Shown one piece after another: positions 32,980-35,615 of a stretch of DNA of 35,615 nucleotides; position 1 is the first letter of the stretch; every line of letters starts with the position of its first letter. Under the pieces are notes generated by a model that saw nothing but the letters and a program-made list of their open reading frames with translations, was not told the DNA's origin and ran no database searches. Both the position numbers and the translations under genes were made by a program. The DNA is from Azospirillum sp. 51_20 (GTDB taxonomy: Bacteria > Verrucomicrobiota > Kiritimatiellia > RFP12 > UBA1067), in assembly GCA_963600185.1 (NCBI GenBank), contig CAVCAF010000002.1, forward strand, positions 1-35,615. Direction: 5' to 3'.

Positions 32980-34887
32980 TTAGCGTCCGACTGGACTGAG
33001 TATCGCGGAGAAACCACCACCCGCGAGCATCTCCACCGACAGCGACTCACCCTTCTTAACGCGGCGCTCTTCGTGTTTCACATCATCGCGCCACAGTTCA
33101 AGCGTATACTCTACGCCATCCGTGAGGAAATCGAGCGCGAACGCGGCACTTTCAGGCGCTTCACCACAAAGTCCAGCCACATACCAAGTCGTCCCTTGGC
33201 GACGGGCAACCACCATCTTCTTGGCGATTTCGCCCACGGGGACAACCGTATCTTCGTAAGTCATGGGCAAACGCTTTACAAAGTCGAAGATACCTGCCGC
33301 GTTCGCAACAGTTTCTTCTACCGTCTTATCATTAGGCCAGCGCACAACGGCGGTAGGCCCTGGATAAACGAGGAGCATTGCCGCGAAATGTGCACGCGTA
33401 CGGTTCTTCTCAAAGATACGCGGCGTATAATCAAAGGGACCCGCCAAGCATCGCGTGAACGGCAAGGCACAATCCTGCCGCACAGGATGTCCGCCTTCTT
33501 CGCCGCCGCCACCCTCGGTAATCATGACATTCGGCCACGTGCGCTCAAAGCCATCTGGAATCTGTTCGTCATGGATGTCGAGCCAGAGGTGGTGCTTCGC
33601 GGCAGTTTCTGCAAGACGCCGCAGGGCATCCGTCGCGTCTTGCGATCCGTAAGAGACGAAACCTGGCTTAAGCCCCGCGACACCCCAACTCTCATAAAGC
33701 GCGAAAAGCTTCTCGATGTCCACTGCCTCAATGACGAGTCCATGCAAATAGAGGCAAAGCCCCATATCCATCGCCTTCAAGTCACGCGCCAAGGCGGGAA
33801 TATCGAGCGCAACATCCTTGCGCCCCGCGTTCTTAAATTGTGCCCAAGTCGGATGGTACGGAACATACCCGACGGCGGTGCGGAACGGGTTCGCGTAGGT
33901 ATTCGTTACCCAATCGGTCTTATCCGCGAGGTCGGGTCGCTGTTTGCGGAAGAAGTCGCGCTCAGAGTCCGTCCATAGTCTCTCAGTACCATACCAGCCC
34001 CAGTCAATCTGCAAATAACGGATGCCCGCGGCGTTTTTCACGATTTGCGCGTCCTTAAGAAGTGCCGCGTTCTGAAGGAGACCAAAGTCACGCGTGGCAA
34101 GTCCCGGCTTCACCCAAGAAGCCGCGTCGGGGACGGCGCACGGTGCATTCAAGCTCTCCACAAAATAGGCGCGCTCGATGAGTCCGCCCGCTGAAGGCGC
34201 GAGCAAAACCGCCCGCCAAGGTGAAAGCGCCTCATTCTCTCGCCCAAGCTTTGTACCATGCGCGAAGACACTCATGAAACCGCCACGCCCATTCACCTTT
34301 AAGAATGACCGCGGCCAATTTTTCGTCTCCGCTTCTAAGATGCTGAGGTAAAGCCCATCGGGTGTACGCATAGTAAGCGGCATCCGCCACTTCGCCGTGC
34401 GAGAAAGTTCCGCAACAGGTGTCGGCTCGGCGGGATAGGTCGCTTCCGTCCCTGGAATTGCCCACGCGACAGTCCCTTCTGGCGGTTGTAGCTCCGTCAC
34501 TTCGGACGCAATCTCGTCAAGGCTGTAAGTCTCCATCGGCTTCAGATAACGGACGGCTACGCCTTCATCCGCAACGCGCAAAATAACCGTGAGTGCCGTT
34601 TGGTCTTCCCCACGCCGCGCGAGTGTAATTTTCGCCTCATTATACGATTCGGAATACTCAGACTTGAAGCCCCAAATCGGCTTCCAAGTGCCGCGGTGCT
34701 CGCTTTGAGTTGTGGACTTAACCTGCAATCCACCCTTCAGCCCCTTTGGCCCCACCGTAAGCCGTCCAGCAGAGCGTCCCTCATAGGTAAGATCGGCGAA
34801 AGGGACATTCCCCTTCACATCAAATGCCGCGGCAATCTTCCCGTCGGGAGAAGAAACCAAAAGCGAAGCAATTAACAAACTAATCAT
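32980..34887 (-). CDS. Glycoside hydrolase family 97 (alpha-glucosidase/alpha-galactosidase type)
   Basis: The 635-aa protein has a signal peptide. HLWLDIHDEQIPDGFERTWPNVMITEGGGGEE matches the GH97 catalytic-region pattern (H.-..P.G..RT.PN....E...G.E) as in SusB. YLQIDWGWY and GLKPGFV fit the (beta/alpha)8 core. Confidence 0.7.
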   Translation of the reverse strand: MISLLIASLLVSSPDGKIAAAFDVKGNVPFADLTYEGRSAGRLTVGPKGLKGGLQVKSTTQSEHRGTWKPIWGFKSEYSESYNEAKITLARRGEDQTALTVILRVADEGVAVRYLKPMETYSLDEIASEVTELQPPEGTVAWAIPGTEATYPAEPTPVAELSRTAKWRMPLTMRTPDGLYLSILEAETKNWPRSFLKVNGRGGFMSVFAHGTKLGRENEALSPWRAVLLAPSAGGLIERAYFVESLNAPCAVPDAASWVKPGLATRDFGLLQNAALLKDAQIVKNAAGIRYLQIDWGWYGTERLWTDSERDFFRKQRPDLADKTDWVTNTYANPFRTAVGYVPYHPTWAQFKNAGRKDVALDIPALARDLKAMDMGLCLYLHGLVIEAVDIEKLFALYESWGVAGLKPGFVSYGSQDATDALRRLAETAAKHHLWLDIHDEQIPDGFERTWPNVMITEGGGGEEGGHPVRQDCALPFTRCLAGPFDYTPRIFEKNRTRAHFAAMLLVYPGPTAVVRWPNDKTVEETVANAAGIFDFVKRLPMTYEDTVVPVGEIAKKMVVARRQGTTWYVAGLCGEAPESAAFALDFLTDGVEYTLELWRDDVKHEERRVKKGESLSVEMLAGGGFSAILSPVGR

Positions 34888-34924
34888 AGCTATTTCCTGT
34901 TACTCCTGTCACATTTTGTCTGCT

Positions 34925-34933
34925 ATTATACCA
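34925..34933 (-). promoter_or_regulatory. Extended -10 TGGTATAAT for the GH97 gene
   Basis: The reverse complement of attatacca reads TGGTATAAT. The ~37-nt leader contains ACAGGAGTAACAGGAAAT. Confidence 0.45.
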
Positions 34934-34987
34934 TAATTAGCCCCCAAACACTAGGAGAGGCTGTGAAGAAATTAGCCCTCTTGTACT

Positions 34988-35267
34988 GTTTTAGACAGGA
35001 TTTACAAAATTAACAAGATTCTTTATCTCACCCGAGAGGCTCGAGAGACCACAGAGATTTTTAAGTTGAAGTGCCAAGTTGAAGTTGAAGAGTGGCGGCG
35101 GCAAAACCGCCTTAATCCTGTCTAAAAGACAGAACAAAAGATTATCAATTCCTTTCTTCAACTTCAACTCCCTACTTCAACTAGCGTAAAGCCTCTGCGA
35201 GCTCTGCGACTCTGCGTGAGCAAAATAAGAGCCCAATCCTGTCAATCCTGTTAATCCTGTCTAAAAC
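34988..35267. repeat. Modular word-repeat element, full copy 2: a ~280-bp nested palindrome made of triplets of 8-9 nt words
   Basis: The terminal 15-bp perfect inverted repeat is GTTTTAGACAGGATT (34988-35002) / AATCCTGTCTAAAAC (35253-35267). The modules are 3x NNNGAGAGN (35031-35057), 3x AGTTGAAG (35061-35092) pairing with 3x CTTCAACT (35155-35183), 3x CTCTGCG (35193-35216) followed by TGAG, and 3x AATCCTGT (35235-35260). An internal extra copy AATCCTGTCTAAAAG lies at 35114-35128. Confidence 0.8.
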
Positions 35268-35498
35268 TCAAGCGCCAAACTTTTTGCCGCGTTTGGCGTA
35301 GAGCGCGGCAAGGGTCTTATAGTCGTCGCGGCAGGGACGCTGGGGGGCGATCCAGCCAATATGGCGCATACGCTCTGCCGTGCGTTCCATGGCTTCGGCG
35401 ACTCCCTCGATTGTCGTGCCGAGGAGGTCCGTTAGGATTTGCCAATGGGCGAGGGCACTTTCTGCATACGCGGCGAGCTCAAGGTCTAAAGCCCGCAT
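35268..35498 (-). CDS. Small hypothetical protein (76 aa), helical, no recognised family
   Basis: This is the only ORF in the last 350 nt. Its stop codon directly abuts the terminal repeat of the 34988-35267 element. I identified no clear ribosome-binding site or promoter. Confidence 0.4.
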   Translation of the reverse strand: MRALDLELAAYAESALAHWQILTDLLGTTIEGVAEAMERTAERMRHIGWIAPQRPCRDDYKTLAALYAKRGKKFGA

Positions 35499-35615
35499 TG
35501 CCGTTGGGTCGGTCGGCCCAGTTTGTCAATTGAAAAGTCCGTACTCTAGATAATGGGGTGGTTTTTGATTTGCCAAATACTGTCCGCTTTCTAGCCTTTC
35601 ATTTCGGCGCGATAT

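Noticed and set aside
32911-33978. A 355-aa ORF on the plus strand
   Set aside because: It lies entirely antisense to the GH97 gene, which has family-specific motifs. The translated product is Arg-rich and low-complexity, as expected for the reverse frame of a GC-rich gene. It has no ribosome-binding site.
34988-35267. A possible miniature CRISPR array, because GTTTTAGA... occurs three times
   Set aside because: The repeats are only ~15 nt, one copy is inverted, the spacers are themselves repetitive, and there are no cas genes. This does not fit CRISPR architecture.

Overview
This is a moderately GC-rich bacterial chromosomal window. It is densely coded, about 27 real genes, and most lie on the minus strand in long, often translationally coupled strings. 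The protein repertoire (DUF1080, GYF_2, GH97, CE7 esterase, PFOR) suggests a PVC-type anaerobic glycan degrader, but that is only an inference.

Confidently recognised genes:
- Sugar use: fucI, with a divergent XylR/AraC-type regulator.
- Envelope: kdsB and a fused MurU-AmgK-like nucleotidyltransferase/kinase.
- Central and biosynthetic metabolism: an AICAR-transformylase-only PurH, pyruvate:ferredoxin oxidoreductase, folP, ispF, dapA and serC.
- Other housekeeping: an EamA transporter, mfd, a tRNA-dihydrouridine synthase, tcdA and an Amidase_2 cell-wall amidase.
- Secreted glycan-active proteins: a DUF1080 lipoprotein, a CE7-type esterase and a GH97 hydrolase.

I found no rRNA, tRNA, CRISPR array, transposase, integrase or recognisable defence genes. 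I cannot point to a clear novel multi-gene system.

The parts that ordinary annotation does not explain are mostly noncoding:
1. A modular repeat family built from triplets of 8-9 nt words arranged as nested palindromes. There is a full copy at 34988-35267 and a truncated copy at 1-109. The copies share CTCTGCGTGAG and AATCC modules, but their central hairpins are completely different and still self-complementary.
2. A 188-bp indel-free palindrome at 17616-17803 built on GTCGGGAC/GTCCCGAC octamers, next to an HU-like gene.

Coding oddities:
- A 695-aa orphan between murU-amgK and kdsB whose C-terminal half carries an AceK/protein-kinase-like D-x4-N ... DYD signature.
- Two tandem GYF_2 paralogs with (V-E-K-hydrophobic) tetrapeptide arrays, in an operon with dus and folP.
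- Recurrent TGnTATAAT boxes only 7-10 nt from start codons, which implies leaderless mRNAs.

All calls rest on reading the sequence and on remembered family motifs. No searches were run.
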